Part shown: one piece after another, positions 1-9,556 of the stretch
How the letters are laid out: every line of letters begins with the position of its first letter
Position numbering within the stretch: the stretch's first letter is position 1
The notes under the pieces: model-generated
Database searches by the model: none
What the model was told of the DNA's origin: nothing
The model's input: only the letters and a program-made list of their open reading frames with translations
Origin: a virus
Lineage: Duplodnaviria > Caudoviricetes
IMG/VR virus record: IMGVR_UViG_3300036807_000206
Location: 1 to 28,745 of that record
DNA length: 28,745 nucleotides
Direction: 5' to 3' (one strand)
Program-made: the position numbers and the translations under genes

Positions 1-1
1 A

Positions 2-1009
2 TTGAACTATTTGATGACAGGCGATTTCAACAAAGGAATTCCGCTAGGCAAAGTTACTGTATTTGCAGGAGAATCAGGAGCAGGTAAATCATACATAGCC
101 GCAGGAAACATTATTAAGAATGCACAAGAGCAAGGTATATTTGTTATACTTGTTGACACAGAGAATGCACTAGATGAAAAATGGTTACAAGCATTAAAAG
201 TGGACACATCAGAAGATAAACTTTTAAAATTAAGTATATCAATGATTGATGACGTAGCAAAAACTATTTCAGAGTTTATGAAGGGTTACAAAGAAGCACA
301 CGCAGATGACAAAGAAGGTGCACCTAAAGTACTATTTGTTATAGACAGTTTAGGTATGATGCTTACACCAACTGACGTTAATCAGTTTGAAGCGGGTGAT
401 ATGAAAGGTGACCTAGGTAGAAAACCTAAGGCATTGACTGCACTTGTGAGAAACTGTGTTAACATGTTCGGTTCATGGAACGTAGGCCTTGTAGCAACTA
501 ACCACACTTATGCATCACAGGATATGTTTGACCCAGATGATAAGATATCAGGTGGACAGGGATTTATCTATGCAAGTTCAATCGTTATTGCAATGAAAAA
601 ACTTAAATTAAAAGAAGATCTTGATGGTAACAAAGTTACAGACGTAAGAGGTATTAGAGCGGCATGTAAAGTTATGAAAACAAGATATGCTAAACCGTTT
701 GAAGGTGTACAGGTTAAGATTCCATACGAAACAGGAATGAACCCGTACAGTGGACTAGTGGACCTATTTGAAAAGAAAGGTATACTTGTACAGACTGGAA
801 ACAGGCTAAAATACATTGATAAAGCGGGTAAAGAACATATCGACTTTAGAAAACAATGGATAGGTGATAAATTAGATATGCTAATGGCAGACTTCAAAGA
901 ATCAACAGACTTTGCTGACAAAGAAGATACTGATGCTCCTATTGAGGTTGATATAAAACCTAAAGCAAAAACTAAAAAAGCAGAACCAATTAAAGAAGAA
1001 AAGGAATAG
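2..1009 (+). CDS. uvsX: UvsX/RecA-like recombinase (5' end outside window)
   Basis: Walker A GESGAGKS, DTENA motif, Walker B FVIDSLG, SGG(Q)G..Y.SS and K.R motifs of the RecA/UvsX family; charged C-terminal tail; upstream of a uvsY-like gene. Confidence 0.92.
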   Translation: MNYLMTGDFNKGIPLGKVTVFAGESGAGKSYIAAGNIIKNAQEQGIFVILVDTENALDEKWLQALKVDTSEDKLLKLSISMIDDVAKTISEFMKGYKEAHADDKEGAPKVLFVIDSLGMMLTPTDVNQFEAGDMKGDLGRKPKALTALVRNCVNMFGSWNVGLVATNHTYASQDMFDPDDKISGGQGFIYASSIVIAMKKLKLKEDLDGNKVTDVRGIRAACKVMKTRYAKPFEGVQVKIPYETGMNPYSGLVDLFEKKGILVQTGNRLKYIDKAGKEHIDFRKQWIGDKLDMLMADFKESTDFADKEDTDAPIEVDIKPKAKTKKAEPIKEEKE

Positions 1010-1012
1010 TAC

Positions 1013-1249
1013 ATGATAGATTTTACACACGAGGATATCGAACGCTTGTGGAATTCAGTTATACATTACGTCCCCGAAAGACAAAAATTGGACATGGCAA
1101 TTGACTTTATTAAGAGTTTAGAAGATATCGGTGTAGAACATGACGAATTAAAAGCGTCTGCAGAATACGATCCAAAACTTGAAGAAGCAATAGCAACAGT
1201 GTTCGAAGAAGAAGAAGTGGACGAAGATGGATATATTGAGGACGAATGA
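1013..1249 (+). CDS. Small acidic hypothetical phage protein
   Basis: 78-aa ORF filling the gap between uvsX and uvsY; AAGGA upstream; ATGA overlap with the next gene; very acidic C-terminus. Confidence 0.75.
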   Translation: MIDFTHEDIERLWNSVIHYVPERQKLDMAIDFIKSLEDIGVEHDELKASAEYDPKLEEAIATVFEEEEVDEDGYIEDE

Positions 1250-1707
1250 TAAACTGGTACAACGAAGTTAGCAGAAATTTATCTAAGATACCAGACTGTG
1301 TTGCATTTTTTGATAACGAATTATTAGAAGCAAGAAAACAGTGTAAGATATACGGTAACTTAGAAAGAGCTAGTGCATCATTACCTGGAATAGTTGAAGA
1401 AAGATTTAGTCAATTACAACAACTCGAAGCAATTCTTGAATACCTAAACATAGAATTAAGAAGATTAAGATCTAAAACTTTTAGAAAATTCTTAGAAAAT
1501 TATAATAAACTGTTAAGCAGTAGAGATGCAGAGAAGTATGTAGACGGCGAAACTGATGTTGTTGACATGACTAAGATAGTTAATGACTTTGCATTAATAC
1601 GTAACCAATGGTTAGGCATCACCAAAGGATTAGATCAAAAACAATGGCAAATAACAAACATTGTTAAATTGAGAGTAGCAGGAATGGAAGATGCCGATAT
1701 CAAATAA
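1246..1707 (+). CDS. uvsY: UvsY-like recombination mediator protein
   Basis: 153-aa helical protein with 'L..RDAEKYVDGE' and 'K..D.K.WQI.NI.KLR..G', resembling the UvsY C-terminus; synteny with uvsX. Confidence 0.75.
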   Translation: MINWYNEVSRNLSKIPDCVAFFDNELLEARKQCKIYGNLERASASLPGIVEERFSQLQQLEAILEYLNIELRRLRSKTFRKFLENYNKLLSSRDAEKYVDGETDVVDMTKIVNDFALIRNQWLGITKGLDQKQWQITNIVKLRVAGMEDADIK

Positions 1708-2314
1708 TAGAATAATACTTACAGACGTAGACGGAGTACTCCTAGAATGGGAAAACCATTTTACTAAATGGATGTTACAAAGCACACTGTTTGATGAAAG
1801 AGGTGCTAGATATCACCCTTATAGACTACTACCAGACAAACAAAACACATATTGGATGGAAGAAAGATTTGGTTTATCCAAAGAAAAAATGGGTGAAAAA
1901 ATTAGAGAGTTTAATAGAAGTGCATGGATGGGCACACAACGACCTATGTTGGAATCACAAACTTGGGTAAAATTATTACACGCCGAAGGATGGACCTTTA
2001 TACCTATTACATCACAAACATCAGACAAGCCAGCACAAGAATTACGTAAGAAGAGAATGGGAGAATTATTTGGCAACTATGTGTTTACCAATTACCACAT
2101 ACTAGGTACCGGAGCAGACAAAGACTCGGCATTAGCAGAGTTTCACGGTACTGGACTGTATTGGGTCGAGGACAAACCTAAGAACGTACTAGCAGGGCTC
2201 TCTTACGGTTTAAAGCCTATATTAATCGACCATCCATACAATAGAGATTTTAATCACCCCGATGTTATCCGTGTAAATAATTGGAAACAAATACATGAGT
2301 TATTAGTAAAATGA
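1691..2314 (+). CDS. HAD-superfamily 5'(3')-nucleotidase-like phosphatase
   Basis: Motif I ILTDVDGVL, motif II ITS, K...L, WVEDK, and 'HPYN...RV.NW' typical of phage NT5C-like HAD proteins. Confidence 0.8.
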   Translation: MPISNNRIILTDVDGVLLEWENHFTKWMLQSTLFDERGARYHPYRLLPDKQNTYWMEERFGLSKEKMGEKIREFNRSAWMGTQRPMLESQTWVKLLHAEGWTFIPITSQTSDKPAQELRKKRMGELFGNYVFTNYHILGTGADKDSALAEFHGTGLYWVEDKPKNVLAGLSYGLKPILIDHPYNRDFNHPDVIRVNNWKQIHELLVK

Positions 2315-2988
2315 AAGTATACGTAGGTTGGGATTCTCGAGAAGACATATCATATCAAGTGTGTGAACACTCTATCAAACGTAGAGATCCATCTGCAGAA
2401 GTTATACCATTAAAACAAAATCAGATGCGAGAGCAAGGTATGTATACTAGAGAAATAGACAAGTTAGCCACAACAGAATTTACATTTTCTAGATTCTTTG
2501 TGCCTTATCTTAATGACTACAAAGGTTGGGCTGTATTTTGTGATTGTGATTTCCTTTGGAAAATTCCAGCAAAAGAACTTGAACAATACTGTGATGATTC
2601 TAAAGCAGTTGTTTGTGTGCAACACGATTACACTCCTGAAGAAGGATCTATTAAGATGGATGGACAAGTACAAACAGCATATCCAAGAAAAAATTGGAGC
2701 AGTATGGTACTGTGGAATTGCGGACATCCTAAGAATAAAATATTAACTCCCGAACTACTAAACAAAGAAACACCAAAATTCCTACATAGATTTAGTTGGC
2801 TAGATGATGCAGACATTGGATCTCTACCTCACGAATACAATTGGCTAGTAGGTTGGTACAAAGAACCCAAAGATGGCAAACCTAAGATACTACACTACAC
2901 AGAAGGTGGTCCGTGGTTCGATGGTTATAGAGATTGCGAGTATTCCGATGATTGGAAGAAAGAAGTAATCAATCTTTTCAGTGCATAA
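2311..2988 (+). CDS. GT-A fold glycosyltransferase (GT8-like/CDI-like)
   Basis: VYVGWDSRE, TEFTFSRF, DxD (DCDF), YPRKNWSS, EYNWLVG and HYTEGGPWF motifs. Confidence 0.85.
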   Translation: MKVYVGWDSREDISYQVCEHSIKRRDPSAEVIPLKQNQMREQGMYTREIDKLATTEFTFSRFFVPYLNDYKGWAVFCDCDFLWKIPAKELEQYCDDSKAVVCVQHDYTPEEGSIKMDGQVQTAYPRKNWSSMVLWNCGHPKNKILTPELLNKETPKFLHRFSWLDDADIGSLPHEYNWLVGWYKEPKDGKPKILHYTEGGPWFDGYRDCEYSDDWKKEVINLFSA

Positions 2989-3019
2989 TCCACTATATTA
3001 AATCAAGATAAGTACAGTT

Positions 3020-3280
3020 ATGAAACACATGAACAGAATGCTTCAGTGGATCGATGAACTGGGATTAATCGTAGTCCAGTCTGAAATCAAACCATTTGGA
3101 CCTGGTACACGGAGATACATGGTTGGCAGACATGTCGAAGAACCTAAGCACAATGCATGGCAAATGCCAAGTGGTAAATGGGCTTCGACTCATGGTGTAC
3201 AAGAATGGCTCACACCAGAACCACTAGATGGCCCAGCTTTAGAAAAATGGTTAACCGACTATGTGAAAGAAAATGTATAG
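3020..3280 (+). CDS. Hypothetical protein
   Basis: 86-aa ORF preceded by an ATAAGTA box (3008-3014); overlaps the start of the radical SAM gene; no recognised motif. Confidence 0.65.
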   Translation: MKHMNRMLQWIDELGLIVVQSEIKPFGPGTRRYMVGRHVEEPKHNAWQMPSGKWASTHGVQEWLTPEPLDGPALEKWLTDYVKENV

Positions 3281-4274
3281 AGAGATACCATTGCCCTCGT
3301 CAATAGCATTTGAACCTATCAACTTATGCAACGCAAAATGTTATTGTTGTCCATACACCACATTAAGTGAAGACAAAACATATCACGGTCAACTAATGAC
3401 CAAAGAACAATTAGGTATGCTGTTACACGACTACGGTTCACTTATAAAAAAATACAAAGTAAAAGATTATGCGTGTGCTATTAGTCCATGGAGATACAGT
3501 GATCCACTAGTGCAACCTAATCTAGAGTACATCATGGAACTGTGTAATCACTATAAAATTAATGTTGGTATTACTACTAACGGTGTATCATTTACTAAAA
3601 AACAGTGTGAAATTTTAAACAAATACAAACACCTAATAGGTAATGTTCATATGAGTGTTATCGGACATACCGCAGAAGAACTATGGGAGTTTATGAATAT
3701 CAAAAAAGACAAGACACTGAAAAGTCTAAACTTTGTAAAAGAAAACTATCCAAAACTTTCAGAAAGGATTAAAATCGGTGTTAAACACAAAAATCAATCG
3801 GCCACTGCTAGTGCCAAAGTTATTAAAGAATATCAGGACGTTACACTTGGAAAAGTGAAATCCAAACAGAACTGGGTTGAAAATAGAATGGGCGACGGGG
3901 ATGGTGATTGGACTAAACCATACAATTCTGTAATTGATGAAGAAAATTATATGCAAGGGTGTGCAATGGGCTCCGGACGTATACTAAGGAGAATGGAAGT
4001 GTTAGTGAGCGGACAAGCAGTTTTGTGTTGTGATGATGCAGAAGGAAAGACAGACTATGGAAACATTTTTGAAATCGGAATTGAGGGAGCATGGAAAAAC
4101 ATGCAAAAAGAACACGAAATAATATACGCTGAAAAATACTCAGAAGAAAAAAAGAATTTGATCTGCAACACTTGTTCTAGGGCTAAGTTCAACGGCAACT
4201 GGACAAGAGGCATGGAATCAAAATTACAGGCAGAACAACAAAATACAATTAGTAAAATAGGAAGTATGCAATGA
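3273..4274 (+). CDS. Radical SAM protein with C-terminal SPASM/Twitch-like Fe-S domain
   Basis: CNAKCYCC (CxxxCxxC), DPL, ITTNG; C-terminal C...G.AVLCCDD...GNI...CNTC. Confidence 0.88.
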   Translation: MYREIPLPSSIAFEPINLCNAKCYCCPYTTLSEDKTYHGQLMTKEQLGMLLHDYGSLIKKYKVKDYACAISPWRYSDPLVQPNLEYIMELCNHYKINVGITTNGVSFTKKQCEILNKYKHLIGNVHMSVIGHTAEELWEFMNIKKDKTLKSLNFVKENYPKLSERIKIGVKHKNQSATASAKVIKEYQDVTLGKVKSKQNWVENRMGDGDGDWTKPYNSVIDEENYMQGCAMGSGRILRRMEVLVSGQAVLCCDDAEGKTDYGNIFEIGIEGAWKNMQKEHEIIYAEKYSEEKKNLICNTCSRAKFNGNWTRGMESKLQAEQQNTISKIGSMQ

Positions 4275-4873
4275 TAGGAAAGCATTTTGTAAGTAAATGT
4301 ATTGACAGCACCACAATCAATGATCCATGGTCGCATCAAATTATAGAAGACACATTGCCACAAGAAGAATTCGTTAAACTTAAAGATCAGTGTCTCAACA
4401 TAAAGGTGCCCAAAGACAGACTTGTTCATATATTTCCAAAAGATTTTACTGATCATAACATTAAGTTCTATGATCAAATACATGATATAGCTAAAATAAT
4501 TTTAGATAATGCAAAAGTTTTGTGTGACCAATATCCCAATTATAGATGGTTCGAAGACCTATCTGTCAATGCCCACATTTCTGTGACTCCACCGTTGCCT
4601 TATAAGTTCTACATACACCAAGAAGGGCTTGAAAAAATATGGAGCAGTGTAACCTACATAACTCCAGAAGTGAATGTGGGAACAAAAATGTACACGGAGC
4701 AGAATGAAAAAGCGTTTGTTAAAGAAGCAGAATGGAAGCCTAACAGTACTTTTATATTTTGCGGACAACAAGGCAAGACTTGGCACAGTTACGAAAGTGA
4801 TCAAGTGGAGCAAAGAATAACATTAAATTTATTTCTTATGAAAGATAATAAAAATTGTTTTTATAGAGGTTAA
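4271..4873 (+). CDS. 2OG-Fe(II) oxygenase-like protein
   Basis: PW.H.II.D N-terminus, HxE (IHQE), S.VTY, GT..Y, W.PN..F.F, WHSY and RITLN: double-stranded beta-helix oxygenase pattern. Confidence 0.75.
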   Translation: MIGKHFVSKCIDSTTINDPWSHQIIEDTLPQEEFVKLKDQCLNIKVPKDRLVHIFPKDFTDHNIKFYDQIHDIAKIILDNAKVLCDQYPNYRWFEDLSVNAHISVTPPLPYKFYIHQEGLEKIWSSVTYITPEVNVGTKMYTEQNEKAFVKEAEWKPNSTFIFCGQQGKTWHSYESDQVEQRITLNLFLMKDNKNCFYRG

Positions 4874-5472
4874 AAGTAGATCTTGTCCACTTGATCTAAT
4901 CCGTCGTGCGTGGCTATGATGTCGCTGTTATTGAATCCCAATGTGCTCATGTAACTGTCCATTATTTCTTCATGGGGCATGTCTGGAAAATTTTCATCCT
5001 TGTGTAGGTTCACTTCCTGTATCACATACTTTGCTCTCTTAAAAATCTCTGGAGCACCTTTCATTATCATAATCTCTGCACCTTGAACGTCTTGTTTTAC
5101 CAAATCAAACTGTGCGTCACTGCCCACTAACTCATCTAGTGTCTGCATCTGTCTCAACTCATAATTTTCATACACACCAAACACACTGGAACCTTTTGTG
5201 TACGTTATTTTCTTTTTGTTGCCTTTTGAAATTTCAGCCAGATGCATTTTAATTTCTCTATTCGAATCTCCTAACACTGCGATATGATAGTTGGACGTAA
5301 TTTCTTTCAACTTCTTCTCATGCTTTTGTCCTGCTTCTATGCATGTGTATTCTGCCTCTGCCCAGATTTTTTTAACATTGTTAGTCCAAAAACCATTCCA
5401 AGCACCTATGTCTAAGATCTTTGCTGGCATGAACTCGTGTTTGACTTTTAGTTTTTCTAAGTATTCGTACAT
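4870..5472 (-). CDS. FkbM-family SAM methyltransferase
   Basis: ILDIGAWNG, IEA, TLDEL, DLVKQDVQGAE..I.KGA and Q.D motifs. Confidence 0.88.
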   Translation of the reverse strand: MYEYLEKLKVKHEFMPAKILDIGAWNGFWTNNVKKIWAEAEYTCIEAGQKHEKKLKEITSNYHIAVLGDSNREIKMHLAEISKGNKKKITYTKGSSVFGVYENYELRQMQTLDELVGSDAQFDLVKQDVQGAEIMIMKGAPEIFKRAKYVIQEVNLHKDENFPDMPHEEIMDSYMSTLGFNNSDIIATHDGLDQVDKIYF

Positions 5473-6113
5473 TATGCTTTGTAATAGACAAGGTCAGGCC
5501 AGGTTTTCATTAATACCTTGAACCCGAGGGATTTCAGATGTTCCTTGATATCCTTTTTACTGCTACCGTATTTCTCACTATTACCATTCAATTCGATCAT
5601 TAAGTATTCAACATTTTCTAAAATTTTTCCTGCACCTTTAAGAACTTCCATTTCGAGGCCCTCGACATCTATCTTAATCATGTCAATGCCTGTTGTGTCT
5701 AAGGAATCTAATTTATTGATCTTTGTTTCTCCCTTTTCCATTAGGACTCTAGTATTCTGTGTGGCAGACTCCTCAGTTAGTTTAACAAATCCATCTTCAT
5801 TACCAACTGCTTGATTGTACAATCTAACATGATTATATCGTGCTACATTTCTTGTAAGGCATTCATAATGTATTTTGTTTGGTTCATAACAATGTATATT
5901 TTTTGCATATTTTTGCATGGCCAATGTCCATGTTCCGCACCATGCTCCCACATCTACTATTAGATTAAATTTTTTATGTTGATTTTCGCACCATTGAAGA
6001 AACTCATTGAGTCCAGTTTCCTGCATGAATGGCTTTCCTTTTTCACGCCATTGTTCTATCTGAGCATCTGCGGACGGAACCCATAGCCCCTCGCTTAATT
6101 TTTCTATTTTCAC
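5472..6113 (-). CDS. FkbM-family SAM methyltransferase
   Basis: VDVGAWCG, YEPN, AVG, KLDS, IDMIKIDVEGLE..VLKGA, MIE; GTG start. Confidence 0.9.
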   Translation of the reverse strand: MKIEKLSEGLWVPSADAQIEQWREKGKPFMQETGLNEFLQWCENQHKKFNLIVDVGAWCGTWTLAMQKYAKNIHCYEPNKIHYECLTRNVARYNHVRLYNQAVGNEDGFVKLTEESATQNTRVLMEKGETKINKLDSLDTTGIDMIKIDVEGLEMEVLKGAGKILENVEYLMIELNGNSEKYGSSKKDIKEHLKSLGFKVLMKTWPDLVYYKA

Positions 6114-6922
6114 AATAATCCTTTGTCCATTAATATCTCTACTGCTTTACCGTTGGCAATTTCTTCTGGTGAAAACTGTTGATAAGCCAAACTGTATACC
6201 CAATCTTCACAACCAACAAAGAAAGGATTTTCAATGTCTGCAAGTTCTTGTCCACCAACTTCTTTAGCAAAACTTTTTTCATCACATATAACAGGTATGC
6301 CCATACACTGTGCTTCAACGGCGGCTATCGAACAACTTGTTACACATACCCAAGCGTCTTTGAGATCCTCAGATAAGGGAACTGTTGCTTCACTTGGTCC
6401 TGATGTACCTCTACCTCGGGGCTTTTGTCGAATTTTTATTGGTCTATCTGTGTACCTTTTAATTTGTGCTACGATGTCATTTGTCCAATTAGGTTTGTCT
6501 AAGTAGTTGTGTATACCAGCTGAGCTAGGACATACCAATATGTAACTACCTTTAAAGTTAGGTGCTTTAATTTTAATTCCAAATTTATCAAATCTATCTG
6601 ACTTGCACATCTTAATATATGATGCATGAATTTTATTTCTACAAATACGCCAATAATGATTGTCTGGTTTTAAATTATTATTATCAAATCTTCCAAAGTA
6701 CGGAGTATCTGTAAACCAAAACTGGTGCTTACGTGCTTCAAGTTTTTTAACCATAGCTCTATTATTGCCAACGAATCCCCAAAACATACTGTTTGCTACT
6801 GGTTCTATTTCAGTTTGATTGTCTAACAATTTTGTTTGTTCGGGCCAAGACTTTTGCACACCATCGAAGACTTCGTATGCTTTGCTATTTTTATTATTAA
6901 ATGGTGCGTAAATTGTTAACAT
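6110..6922 (-). CDS. KpsS/KpsC-like (capsule-synthesis-like GT-B) protein, paralog 1
   Basis: D.PYF, ILVCPSS, YTDRPIKIRQKP, VTSCSIAAVEA..GIPV, W.YSLAYQQF..EEI.NG; homologous by eye to the 8741, 9546 and 13170 ORFs. Family call is tentative. Confidence 0.55.
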   Translation of the reverse strand: MLTIYAPFNNKNSKAYEVFDGVQKSWPEQTKLLDNQTEIEPVANSMFWGFVGNNRAMVKKLEARKHQFWFTDTPYFGRFDNNNLKPDNHYWRICRNKIHASYIKMCKSDRFDKFGIKIKAPNFKGSYILVCPSSAGIHNYLDKPNWTNDIVAQIKRYTDRPIKIRQKPRGRGTSGPSEATVPLSEDLKDAWVCVTSCSIAAVEAQCMGIPVICDEKSFAKEVGGQELADIENPFFVGCEDWVYSLAYQQFSPEEIANGKAVEILMDKGLL

Positions 6923-7562
6923 CTATAAACTCTTTTAATTGTTTTGCCCACTGTTCGTGGCCTTCGGCTGACGGATGTGGATCGTTAGGACTTACTATTA
7001 AATTTTTATCAGAGGCAAATTCAAGTTGACTCACTTTTGGATTAAAGAATCTATCCATGTTGATTGCATTTCTAATTATAGTAAAGTCTTCGGTGCCATT
7101 ACCAAAGTCGTTAGGCAGAGAGTTATACATCACATAAGGTATTTGCTTACGTTCAAAATAATTTTGCAAATCAAAAACATTATTAAGAAACTTCATAGTA
7201 AGATTGCTTTCTATATCCCAGCCTTGTTGTTTTCGTATAAAACTTACATTGTCTAATGTCTTCCAAGTCCGCCAAGTAAGATCGGTACCGGGTATACGGC
7301 CTTTCTTCCACCCATCGTCTGTTATGTAGTCGTTCCTTACTGCACTGGACCACCCTATCACAGCAAAAACATCTTCATTATTATTTTGCTCACACCAAAC
7401 CTTAGTTGAAAAACTTATTCTAGTATTACCACGACCACCCATTGCAAGGTTAAACAATTCTAGATTGTAACCTTCCGCTAAGATTTTTGTGGTAAATGTT
7501 TCTACCCCGTCTTTGTTTCTCGGTGTTAAGAAACTACACCCATTTGATAATAATTTGCTCAT
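6897..7562 (-). CDS. SGNH/GDSL hydrolase-fold protein (acetyl esterase/transferase-like)
   Basis: Block I NGCSF, NLA.GG.GN, VIGWS, C-terminal DPHP..EGH. ATG at 7562 (MSKLLSNGCSF) preferred over the track start at 7610. Confidence 0.75.
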   Translation of the reverse strand: MSKLLSNGCSFLTPRNKDGVETFTTKILAEGYNLELFNLAMGGRGNTRISFSTKVWCEQNNNEDVFAVIGWSSAVRNDYITDDGWKKGRIPGTDLTWRTWKTLDNVSFIRKQQGWDIESNLTMKFLNNVFDLQNYFERKQIPYVMYNSLPNDFGNGTEDFTIIRNAINMDRFFNPKVSQLEFASDKNLIVSPNDPHPSAEGHEQWAKQLKEFIDVNNLRTI

Positions 7563-7577
7563 GCTGTTGTTTAGTAG

Positions 7578-7596
7578 TATAATTATAGTATACTTA
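7578..7596. promoter_or_regulatory. Putative divergent promoter region
   Basis: Palindromic TATAATTATA (7578-7587) gives TATAAT on both strands; TAAGTA on the minus strand at 7591-7596; lies in the 50-bp gap between divergent genes. Confidence 0.45.
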
Positions 7597-7612
7597 CTGA
7601 CAAAATGCAAAC

Positions 7613-8695
7613 ATGAAAAACATAGATTCGATCAAATACTTTTTAGACAAATGGGAAATGGTAGATAATGGTTATGATTATGCAGTGCCATACCATGAAG
7701 ATATTGATCCAAACTTTACAAGTTTACCAACGTTCGTCGCAGAATTTCATAATGTTAAGGTAAACACTTGCCCAGTACTTGTTACTATGGCTAACAAACT
7801 TATAACCAATTATGTTTGGGGACTCACACATGCCAGCAAACATAAGCCTCAAAAATCACACAAACTTTGGAATGACTGGAGTGATGATGTGGATGTTGTA
7901 TTACCACCTACTACCGAATACTTTGACAAGAAATATCATTACGTATGGTTACCAATTGATGAAGCAAGTGCAGAAAATCCATGGCATATTTGGATTGACG
8001 TTATATCTAAATTTAGACTTTTAGAAAAGAGATGGTCCACAGATTTTACAAGATACTGCTACGTGTTAGCAAACGAAAGCAAGTATCTTAAAAAATGTAT
8101 CAAAGAATTATTTCCCGAGGTCAAAGTTATAGTGATGCCAAAAGGCGAAACATGGCAGTTTAGACATTTACTAGTGCCCAGTCTAAGCAATTCTAGAGAT
8201 GGCGTTATTACTCCTCACTTGGCTCCATGGCTAAAACATTTCAAAGGACGTCCTGGACTCAAAGGTACAACAGCACACAGGAAAATAGTTGTGTTACGTC
8301 CAGGTGCTAAAACAAGAAAACTAACAAACTCCGATGAACTACTATTAGCACTTAAAGGGTACGAAGCAGTTGCCCTCGAAAATATGAGTATAAGAGAACA
8401 GATGAAAACGTTTGCAGAAGCAACACACATTGTTGCGGCTCACGGTGCAGGATTAGTAAACTTACTGTGGTGTAAACGTGGAACTAAAGTTATCGAAATA
8501 CAAGAGCCTAAAATGATTCATAAAAAAGTTTATCCAATACTTTCACATCACCTAGGGTTGAAGCACGAACTTTATATAGCCGAAGCAGTACCGATACCAA
8601 TGGATGGTAAGAAAAAGCCTGCAGGCATAAAAAGAAAAAGCGATTTAATTAATTTCAAAGTGAACGTTGCAGAATTAGTTAGACATTTAGATTAA
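7613..8695 (+). CDS. Glycosyltransferase family 61 (DUF563-like)
   Basis: N.WH..ID, R.L.N..EL, E.MS..EQ...F..A..IVAAHGAGL.NLLW....VIEI. Confidence 0.85.
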   Translation: MKNIDSIKYFLDKWEMVDNGYDYAVPYHEDIDPNFTSLPTFVAEFHNVKVNTCPVLVTMANKLITNYVWGLTHASKHKPQKSHKLWNDWSDDVDVVLPPTTEYFDKKYHYVWLPIDEASAENPWHIWIDVISKFRLLEKRWSTDFTRYCYVLANESKYLKKCIKELFPEVKVIVMPKGETWQFRHLLVPSLSNSRDGVITPHLAPWLKHFKGRPGLKGTTAHRKIVVLRPGAKTRKLTNSDELLLALKGYEAVALENMSIREQMKTFAEATHIVAAHGAGLVNLLWCKRGTKVIEIQEPKMIHKKVYPILSHHLGLKHELYIAEAVPIPMDGKKKPAGIKRKSDLINFKVNVAELVRHLD

Positions 8696-8740
8696 ATTGG
8701 TAATTTACATCTGGTAACAAGACAACCTTAAATATGAGTA

Positions 8741-9556
8741 ATGATTTACGTTAGTTCTACTAATAGACAACCCACAGAGAAATATGTCGACTGGGCAGTG
8801 CAAGGACTACCTAATGCAAAAAAATTATTACCTAATGACATTATTAATAAAAAAGATTGTACTAAAGCTGTGATGTTTGGAGTGCTACGTGGAACACATC
8901 TAGTATACAAATGGGCAGAAAAAAACAAGATTGATTTTTATTATATGGACAGACCGTATTGGGGTGAAACAAGAAACAATCCTTACTACACTAAAATTGT
9001 AAAGAACAATCATTTAAAGACCTGGCAAGAAGACAGACCCGATGACCGTTTTAAAAAATCATTTCCGTGGCCTATTAACCCATGGAAGAAAAACGGAAAG
9101 AACATTATTGTATGCCCGCCATCTAATGCTATAAAAGAATTTTTTGGAGTACACGACTGGCTAGACAAAACACTAGAGACGCTTAAAGCTAATACCGATC
9201 GTCCAATAATAGTAAAGAATAAAGGATACAATCCAATTATAGGATACAATGACGACGGAGGAATGATAGTGACAGGCAAAGATAATACTGCACCTAGTGG
9301 ACCGATAGATTGGAATGATGCTTATGCTATTGTTACCTACAATTCAAATATCACATTAGAAGCTACTACTAGAGGTATTCCGTGTTTTACTAATGTGCAT
9401 AATGCCTGTGCACCTATATCAGAAACAGATTTCTCAAAGATAGAAAACCCTTGCTACATTGACAGAGAACCGTTATACTATTCAATGGCATACGGTCAAT
9501 TCACAGCAGAAGAAATAAGCAACGGTTATGCATGGAGAATACTAGATGAAAGTTGA
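8741..9556 (+). CDS. KpsS/KpsC-like protein, paralog 2
   Basis: DRPYWG, PW...G.NIIVCPPS, TDRPIIVK, VTYNSNITLEA..RGIP, R..LYYSMAYGQF..EEI.NG.AW. Confidence 0.55.
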   Translation: MIYVSSTNRQPTEKYVDWAVQGLPNAKKLLPNDIINKKDCTKAVMFGVLRGTHLVYKWAEKNKIDFYYMDRPYWGETRNNPYYTKIVKNNHLKTWQEDRPDDRFKKSFPWPINPWKKNGKNIIVCPPSNAIKEFFGVHDWLDKTLETLKANTDRPIIVKNKGYNPIIGYNDDGGMIVTGKDNTAPSGPIDWNDAYAIVTYNSNITLEATTRGIPCFTNVHNACAPISETDFSKIENPCYIDREPLYYSMAYGQFTAEEISNGYAWRILDES

